This document shows, piece after piece, positions 8,653-21,506 of a stretch of DNA of 32,000 nucleotides (position 1 is its first letter; each line of letters opens with the position of its first letter). The translations under genes and the position numbers were made by a program. The DNA comes from Longivirga aurantiaca (GTDB lineage: Bacteria; Actinomycetota; Actinomycetes; S36-B12; CAIYMF01). Under the pieces are notes generated by a model. It was not told the DNA's origin. It did no database searches and saw nothing but the letters and a program-made list of their open reading frames with translations. The DNA is taken from NCBI RefSeq assembly GCF_042660085.1, contig NZ_JBHSTI010000008.1:780001-812000 (forward strand). Direction: 5' to 3'.

Positions 8653-9966
8653 TCAGGCCCTCGGCTTCGTCAGGCCGAACGTGGTCGGTCCGCTGTACCC
8701 CGGCAGCACCGTGCCGAGCTGCTCCACCGTCGCCCCGACCCGGTTGCGCAGGACGTCGGCGAGCACCGTGCGGTAGTCGGTCGTGACGGCCAGGTCGCCG
8801 TCGACCATCTCGTCGACGCCGAGCCCCGGCCAGGTGCCGTAGACCTGGCCGCCGTTGACGCCGCCGCCGAGGACGAACGTCGCGTTGCCCCAGCCGTGGT
8901 CGACGCCGTTGCTGTCGTTCTCGTACGCCCGCCGGCCGAACTCGGAGAGCGTCAGCACGGTCGTGCTGTCCATGGCGGAGCCCATGTCCTTGGCGAACGC
9001 CGCGAGCGCGGACCCGAGCTCGACGAGCTGGTTCCACATCCACCCCGCGCGCGGGTTGCCGGTGGGGCCGAGCCCTGCGTGCATGTCCCAGTTGCCGACG
9101 TCGAGGGTGACGGCCTGGACGCCGAGGCCCGACTTGATGATCCGGGCCACGTCCTTGAGCGTGTCGCCGAGGTCGCCGGACGGGTACACGGCGCCGTTCG
9201 CCGGGTGGTACGACGTCGCGGTGATCGCGGCGACGGTGGACAGCGCGCCGACCGTGGTCTGGGTGGCCGCGAGGACGGGGGCAGGAGCGCCAGCGTGCAG
9301 CATGGAGAGGGCGGTCGACCAGCGCGCGCGGTCCGACGAGGTGTTCACGCCGGCGATCGAGAAGTCGCCGAGGTCGTGCATCGCCAGCACCGGCACCGGC
9401 CCGATGACGGAGTCGGGGACGTCGCCCCAGCCCATCTGCACCGCGGCGAACGGGCCGCTCGGCGTCGTGAGGCCGAGGGTGCGCCCGATCCAGCCGGTCC
9501 GCGTGCTCGAGCCCACGGCGGCGTTCTCCATCTCGACCATGGCGTCGAAGTGCGAGCGGTTGGGGTTGGGGAGGCCGGTGGCGTGCACGACCGCGAGCGA
9601 GCCGTTGTCGTAGAGAGGCTTGAGCGCCGACAGGCCCGGGTGCAGGCCGAAGAAGCTGTCGAGCTGCACCGTCGCCGCGGCAGGGACACCGATGCCGGGT
9701 CGGCGGGCGAGGTAGTCGGGGTCGCCCACCGGCACGACGGCGTTGAGCCCGTCGAATCCTCCGCGCAGCGAGATCACGACCACCGTGTCGCCGGTCCAGT
9801 TCGCGGCGTACGCGACCTGGGTCGACACGGTCTCGAGGACGGGGAGCGTGACCAGCGCGGCACCCGTGCCGAGCAGGCCGCGCAGCAGGCCGCGGCGGGT
9901 CACCGCGCCCGCGCGCTCGGCGCGGGTGCAGTCGTCGCAGCCGGTGCGGCTGTCGGTCGTCGTCAT
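8653..9966 (-). CDS. DUF1501 domain-containing protein, Tat-exported
   Basis: MTTTDSRTGCDDCTRAERAGAVTRRGLLRGLLGTGAALVTLPVLE; VISLRGGFDGLNAVVPVGDPDYLARRPGIGVP; LSEFGRRAYENDSNGVDHGWGNATFVLGGGVNGGQVYG. Confidence 0.88.
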   Translation of the reverse strand: MTTTDSRTGCDDCTRAERAGAVTRRGLLRGLLGTGAALVTLPVLETVSTQVAYAANWTGDTVVVISLRGGFDGLNAVVPVGDPDYLARRPGIGVPAAATVQLDSFFGLHPGLSALKPLYDNGSLAVVHATGLPNPNRSHFDAMVEMENAAVGSSTRTGWIGRTLGLTTPSGPFAAVQMGWGDVPDSVIGPVPVLAMHDLGDFSIAGVNTSSDRARWSTALSMLHAGAPAPVLAATQTTVGALSTVAAITATSYHPANGAVYPSGDLGDTLKDVARIIKSGLGVQAVTLDVGNWDMHAGLGPTGNPRAGWMWNQLVELGSALAAFAKDMGSAMDSTTVLTLSEFGRRAYENDSNGVDHGWGNATFVLGGGVNGGQVYGTWPGLGVDEMVDGDLAVTTDYRTVLADVLRNRVGATVEQLGTVLPGYSGPTTFGLTKPRA

Positions 9967-9974
9967 GGCGGTCC

Positions 9975-11555
9975 TCACCGGTACAGGTGGTAGGGCGTGT
10001 CGAGGAGCAGGGAGACCCACGAGCGCAGCCGCCAGGTCAGCACCGACGAGTCGGGGTTGAGCGGGCTCAACGGCTTCGCGCCGAGGAAGGTGATGACGGC
10101 GTCGCGATGCGGCGTGGGGAGGATGCGGCCGAACAGCTTGGTCGAGGCCTTGTCGACCATCTCGCCGTACGTCTTCGGCGAGGTGCTGCCGAAGAGGTAC
10201 GTCGCGAGGTCCGGGCGGACGAGGTCGCCCGTGCCCCAGCCCTCGACGAGGTAGCGGCTCGTCGACCAGCGGTTGAGCGTCGTCGCCGTCGAGAGCCAGG
10301 TCTCGGCCCGCTCAGGGAAGCCGTCGGGCTGCGACCAGGCCATGGGCTGCTGGCCCATGCCCCGGCACTGCCACACGAGCGAGTTCACGGCGTCGGTGCC
10401 GGACGGCCCGGGCCCGACACCCATCACGCGCAGCGTGGCGGCGACGTGCTCGAGCGGACGCCGCACCTTCAGGCCGCGGGCCGAGGCGAACTCCGCCGAC
10501 GCCAGCACCTGGCGCACGACGGGGGCGATCGCGGTGTTGTTCGCCGTGTACGTCTTCGCGAGCGCCGCGACGAGTGCGGGCGACGGGTCGTCCGAGACGA
10601 ACCGCTGGGCGATGCGGTAGCAGACGCGCTGCGCGGTCTTGGGGTGCTTGGCGAGGTACGAGACGAGGGCCTTGGCCACGGTCTCGCCGCCACCCGCGGT
10701 CGCGTTCGCGTGGGTGAAGCCGAAGACCGACACCGGGCCGACCCAGTGCATCCACGACTGGTACGAGAACTCGCCGGTGTCGTCGTTCACCGTCATGCCG
10801 GTGAGGACGCGGGCGGCGTTCTTGATGTCGTTCTCGTCGTACCCCGCGTCCACCCCGATCGAGTGCAGCTCGAGGAGCTCGCGGCCCTGGTTCTCGTTGG
10901 GCGCGTACTTCGTCGAGTCGCGGTTGTTGAGGTAGGTCAGCATCGCCGGGTGGCGGGTGATGCCCCAGAGCAGGTCCTCGAAGCGTCCGAGCGCCTTGCT
11001 GCGGATCGTGTACTGGTAGTTCGCGCGCGACTCGTTCGTGCCGTCGTGGGGGACCGTCACGTTGAACAGGTCGCTCCAGAGCTCCTCCATCACGGTGTGG
11101 AGCTGGCGGGTGGACCACACCGAGCGGATGACGAGCGACTTCGGCACCGACATGAACTGCTGCCAGCCGTCGATGGTCCCGGCGTCGAGGCGGGCCTTGA
11201 CCGTCGTGATGGCCGTGCCGTCGTTCGGCACCGGGAGGCGGGCGAGGAGCGCACCCACCTGCGGGTCGGGGATCGAGTACGGAGCGAGCTGCCACTCGAC
11301 CCAGCCCGCGAGACCGAGCCGGCTGACGTCGGCGAGCGACTTCGGGCTCGGGCCGTACGACGCCCGGCGCAGCAGGTGGTGCCGTGCGCTCGGCGTGATG
11401 TACGAGCCCCCGGTGGTGGCGGCCGCGGCGGGCGAGGCGGCGACCACCGGGACGGCCGCGGCTGCGGCCACGACCGCAGCCCCCTGCAGGACCCGTCGCC
11501 GGGTCGGTCGCGCTGTCGTCACGTCGCTGGGCAGCGCTGTGTCGGCATGGCTCAC
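9975..11555 (-). CDS. DUF1800 domain-containing protein, Tat-exported
   Basis: VSHADTALPSDVTTARPTRRRVLQGAAVVAAAAAVPVVAA signal; ARHHLLRRASYGPSPKSL, NENQGRELLELHSIGVDAGYDENDIKNAARVLTGMTV typical of DUF1800. GTG start at 11555. Confidence 0.88.
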   Translation of the reverse strand: MSHADTALPSDVTTARPTRRRVLQGAAVVAAAAAVPVVAASPAAAATTGGSYITPSARHHLLRRASYGPSPKSLADVSRLGLAGWVEWQLAPYSIPDPQVGALLARLPVPNDGTAITTVKARLDAGTIDGWQQFMSVPKSLVIRSVWSTRQLHTVMEELWSDLFNVTVPHDGTNESRANYQYTIRSKALGRFEDLLWGITRHPAMLTYLNNRDSTKYAPNENQGRELLELHSIGVDAGYDENDIKNAARVLTGMTVNDDTGEFSYQSWMHWVGPVSVFGFTHANATAGGGETVAKALVSYLAKHPKTAQRVCYRIAQRFVSDDPSPALVAALAKTYTANNTAIAPVVRQVLASAEFASARGLKVRRPLEHVAATLRVMGVGPGPSGTDAVNSLVWQCRGMGQQPMAWSQPDGFPERAETWLSTATTLNRWSTSRYLVEGWGTGDLVRPDLATYLFGSTSPKTYGEMVDKASTKLFGRILPTPHRDAVITFLGAKPLSPLNPDSSVLTWRLRSWVSLLLDTPYHLYR

Positions 11556-11770
11556 GGGAGGCCCCTCCGCCCCGGGCCCCCACGGCCCGTCGAGACCCCT
11601 TCGACGCGAACCCGGCGGGGGCTGAGGGCCCTTCCCCCGTGCGGCGCAGCCCGTCACCCACGTGAGCAGGCAGGTCCACCCGTACGCCTGCGCGCCGTCA
11701 CGCAGCGTCGTCGCGGCCCGGGACGTGCCGGTGCGCGGACCGTCCGGCCGACCGCGGGCTCGCGCCGGGT

Positions 11771-11788
11771 GTTACTGGCGGGTAACCT
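11771..11788 (+). promoter_or_regulatory. Palindrome overlapping a -10-like element upstream of etfBA
   Basis: GTTACTGGCGGGTAAC (11771-11786), GTTAC/GTAAC arms, overlapping TAACCT (11783-11788). Confidence 0.4.
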
Positions 11789-11901
11789 GTGCTGGGATGC
11801 AGGACGGGGGCGGTGGCCGCACGCGGAACGCCCCCAGGCATCCTGTGGAGCACGTTCCCGTCCATGAGCCGCGCGCTCGTCGAGGAGGTCGGACACCGAC
11901 C

Positions 11902-12681
11902 ATGAAGATCGTCGTCCTGGTCAAGCATGTGCCGGATGCCGCGGGTGACCGTGGGTTCGCTGCTGACCGCACCACTGACCGAGCCGCTGTCGACGGCCGC
12001 CTGTCCGAGCTCGACGAGTACGCCGTCGAGCAGGCTCTGCAGGTGGTCGAGAAGGCGGGCGAGGGTGAGATCACCTACCTGACCATGGGCCCCGAGGCCG
12101 CCGGCGAGGCGCTGCGCAAGGCGCTGTCGATGGGCGGCGATGCCGCGGTGCACGTCGTCGACGACGCGCTGCACGGCAGCGACGCGCTCGCGACGTCGCT
12201 GGTGCTGGCCAAGGCCCTGGGCACCCTGGAGTACGACCTCGTCGTGTGCGGCATGGCCTCGACCGACGGCACGATGAGCGTGGTGCCGGCGATGCTGTCC
12301 GAGCGGCTCGGCCTGCCCGGCCTGACCTTCGCGTCGTCCCTCGCCGTCGAGGGTTCGACCGTGACGATCCGTCGTGACGGCGACGACGCCTCGACGACGA
12401 TCACGGCGTCGCTGCCGGCGCTGGTGAGCGTCACCGACCAGACCGGTGAGGCCCGCTACCCGTCGTTCAAGGGGATCATGGCGGCGAAGAAGAAGCCGGT
12501 GACGACGCTGACGCTGGCCGACCTCGGCATCGACCCGGCCTCGGTCGGTCTCGGTGCGGCGTGGTCCGTGGTGGAGGACGCCTCCAAGCGTCCGCCGCGT
12601 CAGGCCGGCGTCGTGGTCACCGACGAGGGCGACGGCGGCGTGAAGCTCGCCGAGTTCCTCGCGACCGGCAAGTTCATCTGA
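11902..12681 (+). CDS. etfB: Electron transfer flavoprotein subunit beta
   Basis: [19 protein letters not shown]...[29 protein letters not shown]...[15 protein letters not shown]; GAGGAGGT RBS upstream. Confidence 0.93.
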   Translation: MKIVVLVKHVPDAAGDRGFAADRTTDRAAVDGRLSELDEYAVEQALQVVEKAGEGEITYLTMGPEAAGEALRKALSMGGDAAVHVVDDALHGSDALATSLVLAKALGTLEYDLVVCGMASTDGTMSVVPAMLSERLGLPGLTFASSLAVEGSTVTIRRDGDDASTTITASLPALVSVTDQTGEARYPSFKGIMAAKKKPVTTLTLADLGIDPASVGLGAAWSVVEDASKRPPRQAGVVVTDEGDGGVKLAEFLATGKFI

Positions 12682-12695
12682 GAGGCGTGGCAGTC

Positions 12696-13649
12696 ATGGG
12701 ACAGATCCTCGTTGTTGTCGACCACGCCGACGGCGCGGTCAAGAAGCCGACCACCGAGCTGCTCACGATCGCGCGCCGCATGGGCGAGCCGGTCGCCGTG
12801 TTCCTCGGCCAGGGCTCGGCGAACGCGCTCGACACCCTCGGCCGCTTCGGCGCCACGACGGTGTTCGTCGTGGACGCCCCCGAGCTCGACTCGACGCTGG
12901 TCGCGGCCAAGGCCGAGGCCCTGGCAGCGGTCGTGGCGCAGGTGGGCCCGTCAGCGGTGCTGGTGACGAGCTCCGCCGAGGGCAAGGAGATCGCCGCGCG
13001 CCTGGCGGTCAAGACCGGCAGCGGCATCATCACCGACGCGGTCGATGTCGCCGCGGACGGCACGGCCACGCAGTCGGTGTTCGCGGGCTCGTGGTCGGTG
13101 CAGGCCAAGGTCACCACCGGCACGCCGATCATCACGGTGAAGCCCAACGCGGCTGCGCCGGAGGAGGCCCCGGCCACCCCCGCGGTCGAGAACGTCGCCG
13201 TGACCTTCAGCGAGGTCGCGACGTCGGCGAGGATCACCGGCGTCGAGCCGCGCGCCAAGTCCGGTCGCCCCGAGCTCACCGAGGCCGCGATCGTGGTCTC
13301 CGGCGGGCGCGGTGTGGGCGGGCCGGAGGGCTTCGCCACGGTCGAGGCGCTCGCCGACGCGCTCGGTGCCGCGGTCGGCGCCTCGCGCGCCGCCACGGAC
13401 GCGGGCTGGTACCCGCACGCGTTCCAGGTGGGGCAGACCGGCAAGACCGTGTCGCCGCAGCTGTACATCGCGAACGGCATCTCGGGTGCGATCCAGCACC
13501 GTGCGGGCATGCAGACGTCCAAGACCATCGTCGCGGTCAACAAGGACGCCGAGGCCCCGATCTTCGAGCTCGCCGACTACGGCGTCGTGGGCGACCTGTT
13601 CACGGTCGTCCCGCAGCTCACCGACGAGGTCGTCAAGCGCAAGGGCTGA
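12696..13649 (+). CDS. etfA: Electron transfer flavoprotein subunit alpha
   Basis: [27 protein letters not shown]...[69 protein letters not shown]...[22 protein letters not shown]. Confidence 0.95.
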   Translation: MGQILVVVDHADGAVKKPTTELLTIARRMGEPVAVFLGQGSANALDTLGRFGATTVFVVDAPELDSTLVAAKAEALAAVVAQVGPSAVLVTSSAEGKEIAARLAVKTGSGIITDAVDVAADGTATQSVFAGSWSVQAKVTTGTPIITVKPNAAAPEEAPATPAVENVAVTFSEVATSARITGVEPRAKSGRPELTEAAIVVSGGRGVGGPEGFATVEALADALGAAVGASRAATDAGWYPHAFQVGQTGKTVSPQLYIANGISGAIQHRAGMQTSKTIVAVNKDAEAPIFELADYGVVGDLFTVVPQLTDEVVKRKG

Positions 13650-13658
13650 GCGGTCCAC

Positions 13659-13708
13659 GCACGTCCCGAGGGGCCCGGCCGGTCACGGCCGGGCCCCTCG
13701 GCGCGTGC
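13659..13708 (+). terminator. Perfect 16-bp U-less hairpin after etfA
   Basis: CCGAGGGGCCCGGCCG (13666-13681) / loop GTCA / CGGCCGGGCCCCTCGG (13686-13701), with outer GCACG/CGTGC arms (13659-13663 and 13704-13708). Confidence 0.65.
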
Positions 13709-13726
13709 TGACCTACACTCGCGGGC

Positions 13727-14911
13727 GTGGTGGATGCGACAGGGCGCGAGGCGGTCTACCTCGACCACGCGGCGACCACCCCGCTGCGCCCCGAGGCGCG
13801 CGCGGCCCTGCTCGCCGAGCTGGACCTCGTCGGCAACCCGTCCTCCCAGCACAGCGCCGGTCGTCGCGCCCGTCGCGTGGTGGAGGAGTCGCGCGAGTCG
13901 ATCGCCATCGCGCTCGGCGTCCGCGCCGGGGACGTCGTGTTCACCTCGGGCGGCACCGAGGCCGACAACCTCGCCGTCCTCGGCCTCTACCGGGCGCGCC
14001 GGTCCGAGGACCCTCGGCGCACCCGCGTGATCGCGAGCGCCGTCGAGCACCATGCCGTGCTCGACCCGGTCGACTGGCTCGGCGAGCACGAGGGTGCCGA
14101 GATCTCCTGGCTCCCGGTCGACGACGTCGGACGCGTGGACCTCGCGTGGCTCAAGGCCGAGCTCGACGAGCACGCGGACGAGGTCGCGCTCGTCACCGTG
14201 ATGTGGGCGAACAACGAGATCGGCACGGTGCAGCCGGTCGCCGAGGTGGCCACGCTCTGCGCCGACCGCGGGATCCCGTTCCACAGCGACGCCGTGCAGG
14301 CGGTCGGGTCGCTCGAGGTCGACGCGTCGGTCGTCGACTCGCTCGCGCTGTCCGGCCACAAGTTCGGTGCACCCGTCGGCGTCGGCGCCCTCGTGCTGCG
14401 GCGCGGCCTCAGCCCCGTGCCCCTCGTCCACGGAGGCGGGCAGGAGCGCGAGATCCGGTCGGGCACGGTCGACGCCGCCGGCATCGCGTCCCTGGCCGCC
14501 GCGCTCACGGCGTCGATGGCCGACTTCGACGTGCGCACCGCGCGCATCGCCCGGCTGCGCGACGACCTCGTCGCCCACGTGCTCGCCACGGTGGACGGCG
14601 TGTCCCGCAACGGCGACCCCTCCTGCAGCCTCCCGGGCATCGCGCACCTGTCGTTCGAGGGGTGCGAGGGCGACTCGCTCCTGCTGCTGCTCGACGCGGC
14701 GGGGGTCGAGTGCTCGCGCGGGTCGGCCTGCTCGGCGGGGGTGCCGCAGCCCAGCCACGTCATGCTCGCCCTGGGGGTCGAGCCGGTCGCCGCGCGCGGG
14801 TCGCTGAGGCTCTCGTTGGGGTGGAGCTCCACCGACGACGACGTCGCCCGCCTCGTCGAGGCGCTGCCGGCCGTCGTGGCACGGGCGCGTCGAGCAGGGG
14901 TCGGCCGGTGA
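13727..14911 (+). CDS. Cysteine desulfurase (IscS/NifS family)
   Basis: [54 protein letters not shown] (PLP lysine), [23 protein letters not shown] (active-site Cys). Confidence 0.93.
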   Translation: MVDATGREAVYLDHAATTPLRPEARAALLAELDLVGNPSSQHSAGRRARRVVEESRESIAIALGVRAGDVVFTSGGTEADNLAVLGLYRARRSEDPRRTRVIASAVEHHAVLDPVDWLGEHEGAEISWLPVDDVGRVDLAWLKAELDEHADEVALVTVMWANNEIGTVQPVAEVATLCADRGIPFHSDAVQAVGSLEVDASVVDSLALSGHKFGAPVGVGALVLRRGLSPVPLVHGGGQEREIRSGTVDAAGIASLAAALTASMADFDVRTARIARLRDDLVAHVLATVDGVSRNGDPSCSLPGIAHLSFEGCEGDSLLLLLDAAGVECSRGSACSAGVPQPSHVMLALGVEPVAARGSLRLSLGWSSTDDDVARLVEALPAVVARARRAGVGR

Positions 14912-15999
14912 GGGTCGTCGCGGCGCTGTCCGGCGGCGTCGACTCCGCGGTCGCCGCCGCGCGCGCGGTCGAGGCGGGGCACGACGTCACCGGCATCCAC
15001 CTCGCGCTCGCACGCAACCCGCAGAGCCACCGGACGGGTGCGCGCGGCTGCTGCACGCTCGAGGACGCGCGCGATGCGCGACGCGTGGCCGACGTGCTCG
15101 GGATCCCGTTCTACGTCTGGGATCTCTCCGAGCGGTTCGCCGAGGACGTCGTGGACGACTTCGTCGCCGAGTACGCCGCCGGTCGCACCCCCAACCCCTG
15201 CCTGCGCTGCAACGAGAAGATCAAGTTCTCGGCGGTGCTCGACCGCGCGCTCGGCCTCGGCTTCGACGCCGTCGCCACCGGCCACTACGCCCAGATCGTG
15301 GACGGCCCCGGAGGGCGCGAGCTGCACCGCGCCGCGGACGAGGCCAAGGACCAGTCGTACGTGCTGGCCGTGCTCGACGCCGCGCAGCTCGCCGGCGCGA
15401 TGTTCCCCCTCGGCGGCTCGACCAAGCACGAGGTGCGTGCCGAGGCCGCCCGCCGGGGCCTGCTCGTAGCGGACAAGCCCGACAGCCACGACATCTGCTT
15501 CATCCCCGACGGCGACACCGGAGGCTGGCTGCGAGACCGCCTCGGCGAGGCACCGGGCGACATCGTCGACGCGGAGTCGGGGGAGACCCTCGGGCACCAT
15601 GACGGCGCCTTCGCGTTCACCGTCGGACAGCGCCGCGGGCTGCACCTCGGCCGCCCGGCGGACGACGGCGGGCGCCGCTACGTGGTCGGGGTCGACGTGC
15701 CGAGCTCGACGGTGCTCGTCGGCCCGCCGGTGCTGCTCGAGGTCGACCGGGTCGAGGGGGTGCGGCCGCGCTGGTGCGGCGCCGCCCCGGACGGGCCGCT
15801 CGAGGGCACGGTGCAGCTGCGCGCCCACGGCGAGCCGATCGAGGCCGTCGTCGCGCGGGAGACCGCCGCGGACGGCGAGGTGCTCGTCGCGTCGCTGCGC
15901 ACCCGCACGCGCGGCGTCGCGCCGGGGCAGGCCGTCGTCGTGTACGACGGCACCCGCGTGGTCGGCAGCGCCACCATCAGCCGCACCTCCCGGCTCTGA
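14908..15999 (+). CDS. mnmA: tRNA-specific 2-thiouridylase MnmA
   Basis: [22 protein letters not shown]-loop, [52 protein letters not shown]; GTG start overlaps upstream TGA. Confidence 0.95.
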   Translation: MRVVAALSGGVDSAVAAARAVEAGHDVTGIHLALARNPQSHRTGARGCCTLEDARDARRVADVLGIPFYVWDLSERFAEDVVDDFVAEYAAGRTPNPCLRCNEKIKFSAVLDRALGLGFDAVATGHYAQIVDGPGGRELHRAADEAKDQSYVLAVLDAAQLAGAMFPLGGSTKHEVRAEAARRGLLVADKPDSHDICFIPDGDTGGWLRDRLGEAPGDIVDAESGETLGHHDGAFAFTVGQRRGLHLGRPADDGGRRYVVGVDVPSSTVLVGPPVLLEVDRVEGVRPRWCGAAPDGPLEGTVQLRAHGEPIEAVVARETAADGEVLVASLRTRTRGVAPGQAVVVYDGTRVVGSATISRTSRL

Positions 16000-16049
16000 C
16001 GCAGCCGCGCCGGTCCGGAGCGCCCGGCCCGTGCGCGTAGGGTCGGCGG

Positions 16050-19293
<3,244 letters not shown>

Positions 19294-19299
19294 CAGCGG

Positions 19300-19327
19300 T
19301 CAAGGAACCCCCCCTTTCGGCCGAAGC
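19300..19327 (+). promoter_or_regulatory. Candidate FliA/WhiG-family sigma promoter (TCAA-N16-GCCGAAGC)
   Basis: TCAA 19300-19303, 16-nt spacer, GCCGAAGC 19320-19327, upstream of the GGDEF-EAL gene at 19388. Confidence 0.4.
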
Positions 19328-19387
19328 ACCTCCTGAGGGCTGAGCGTCACCGGTCGGTGGCGCTGGCCAGCCACGTCCGGAGGGGTC

Positions 19388-21463
19388 ATGGGGTCGCGTG
19401 CACGTCCGTCGCTGCTGCGATGGTCGCTGTTCGCCGTGACCTGGCAGGTGTCGGTCTGGCTCGGCTGGGGCCTGATCCTGCTCGCCGCCCTGCTGCTGGA
19501 CACGAACGCGCTCTTCGGCGACTACGGCTGGCAGCTCGCCATGATCGCGGCGCTGGCGTTCCTCGGCGAGCTGCGCCCCGTCATCGCCTCGGACTTCCGC
19601 GAGGCCGAGGGCGTCCCGATCTCCGCGACCTTCGTGTTCGCGGCGCTCTACCTGTGGGGCTTCGCGCCGGCAGTCATCCTGCAGGCGCTCGCGATCCTGC
19701 TCAGCGAGATGGTCGCCCGCAAGGACGTCTGGAAGCTGATGTTCAACGTCGGCCAGTACGTCATCAGCCTCGTGGCCGCCTGGGTCGTGCTCGCGTGGGG
19801 CGGCGTCACGGGGCTCGCGTTCCGGCCCGACGCGTCGTTCCAGCCGCGCGACCTGGCCGTCCTCATCGTCGCGTGGTGGGTGTTCCACCTCGTCAACGTG
19901 ACGCTCGTCGCCGGGCTCGCCCGCGAGAACGGCCAGACCTGGTGGGAGTCGTTCAGCGAGGACTGGTGGTTCTACGCCTTCTCCACGCTGACGCCGCTCG
20001 CGATCTCGCCGTTCGTCGCCGTCATGGCGTACCAGGTGCCGATCATGCTGCCGCTCCTGCTGGTGCCGCTGTTCGCCGTCTACCGGACCGCGGCCATGGC
20101 GCGCGACAGCCAGCACCAGGCCCTGCACGACGCGCTGACGAACCTGCCGAACCGCGTCTACCTCGAGTCGCGCGCGACTCAGGCGCTCGACGAGGCCCGC
20201 CAGCAGCAGGACACGGTCGCCCTGTTCCTCCTCGACCTCGACCGGTTCAAGGAGGTCAACGACACCCTCGGCCACCCGGCGGGTGACGCGCTGCTCGAGG
20301 TCGTCGCCCGACGGCTGATCAGCGCGGTGCGCCCGATCGACGTGGTGGCGCGTCTCGGTGGCGACGAGTTCGCGGTGCTGCTGACCGACGTGGAGCAGCC
20401 GACCGACGCGATCGAGGTGGCCGGACGAGTCCGTGCCGCGCTGGCCGAGCCCGTCCGGCTCGAGGGCGTGCTCATGGACGTCGACGTCAGCATCGGCATC
20501 GCGCTGTCTCCTGTGCACGGCCACGACTTCGAGCAGCTCATGCGTCGTGCCGACGTCGCGATGTACGTCGCGAAGGGCGAGGGCACCGGCATCGAGCTCT
20601 ACGACGCCGCCCGCGACCCGAACTCTCCCGCGCGGCTCGGCACGGTCTCCGCCCTGCGCGAGGGGATCGAGCAGGGCCAACTCGAGCTGCACTACCAGCC
20701 GAAGGTCTCGCTGCGGGACGGCACGGTCGTGGGCGTCGAGGCCCTCGTGCGCTGGCAGCACCCCGAGCGCGGCATCGTGCCGCCGGACGAGTTCATCCCG
20801 CTCGCCGAGCGCACAGGCCTCGTGCACCAGATCACCGCCCACGTCCTGCGCGAGGGCCTGGGCCAGGCGCGGCTGTGGTGGGACCTCGGCCTGCAGGTCC
20901 CCATCGCGGTCAACGTCAGCATGCGCGACCTGCACGAGACCGACCTCGCCGGCCTCGTCGTCGCCGAGCTCGACCGGCACGGTCTGCCGCCCGACGCGAT
21001 CGTGCTCGAGGTGACCGAGAGCGTCCTCGTGCTCGATGCCGGCCGCGCGGTGGCCACCCTCCGCGAGCTGCGCGAGCTCGGCGTCAGCGCGTCGCTGGAC
21101 GACTTCGGCACCGGCTACTCGTCGCTGCTGCTCCTCGAGCAGCTGCCGGTCGACGAGGTGAAGATCGACCGGTCGTTCGTCCGACGCCTGGACGAGGAGG
21201 GCGGGGACCCGGCCATGGTCCGGTCCATCGTCGACTTCGCCCACGGTCTCGGCCTGTCCGTCGTCGCCGAGGGGCTCGAGACCTCGCACGCGTGGCGGCT
21301 CCTGCGGGAGTTCGGCTGCGACGTCGCCCAGGGCTACCGCATCTCGCGCCCCATGCCCTCCGACCAGGCCACCCAGTGGCTCGTCGAGCGCGTCGTGCGT
21401 GGGCCGGCCGAGCGGGCCGGGCTGCGCGCGGTGGGCTCGGCCCGGATCGTCGCGGACATCTGA
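19388..21463 (+). CDS. Membrane-anchored GGDEF-EAL dual-domain c-di-GMP protein
   Basis: 691 aa; N-terminal multi-TM region; RPIDVVARLGGDEFAVLL (RxxD I-site 5 aa before GGDEF); GVEALVRWQHPE, NVSM, LEVTES, LDDFGTGYSS, VKIDRSFV, VVAEGLE, AQGYRISRP. Confidence 0.93.
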   Translation: MGSRARPSLLRWSLFAVTWQVSVWLGWGLILLAALLLDTNALFGDYGWQLAMIAALAFLGELRPVIASDFREAEGVPISATFVFAALYLWGFAPAVILQALAILLSEMVARKDVWKLMFNVGQYVISLVAAWVVLAWGGVTGLAFRPDASFQPRDLAVLIVAWWVFHLVNVTLVAGLARENGQTWWESFSEDWWFYAFSTLTPLAISPFVAVMAYQVPIMLPLLLVPLFAVYRTAAMARDSQHQALHDALTNLPNRVYLESRATQALDEARQQQDTVALFLLDLDRFKEVNDTLGHPAGDALLEVVARRLISAVRPIDVVARLGGDEFAVLLTDVEQPTDAIEVAGRVRAALAEPVRLEGVLMDVDVSIGIALSPVHGHDFEQLMRRADVAMYVAKGEGTGIELYDAARDPNSPARLGTVSALREGIEQGQLELHYQPKVSLRDGTVVGVEALVRWQHPERGIVPPDEFIPLAERTGLVHQITAHVLREGLGQARLWWDLGLQVPIAVNVSMRDLHETDLAGLVVAELDRHGLPPDAIVLEVTESVLVLDAGRAVATLRELRELGVSASLDDFGTGYSSLLLLEQLPVDEVKIDRSFVRRLDEEGGDPAMVRSIVDFAHGLGLSVVAEGLETSHAWRLLREFGCDVAQGYRISRPMPSDQATQWLVERVVRGPAERAGLRAVGSARIVADI

Positions 21464-21506
21464 GCCGCGGACGGAGGCCACCGGCGGCCTCCGTAGGATG
21501 AGCGGC

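Noticed and set aside
9987-11867. 626-aa plus-strand ORF opposite the DUF1800 gene
   Set aside because: Histidine/arginine-rich shadow translation with no recognisable domain; DUF1800 motifs and a Tat signal on the minus strand are convincing.
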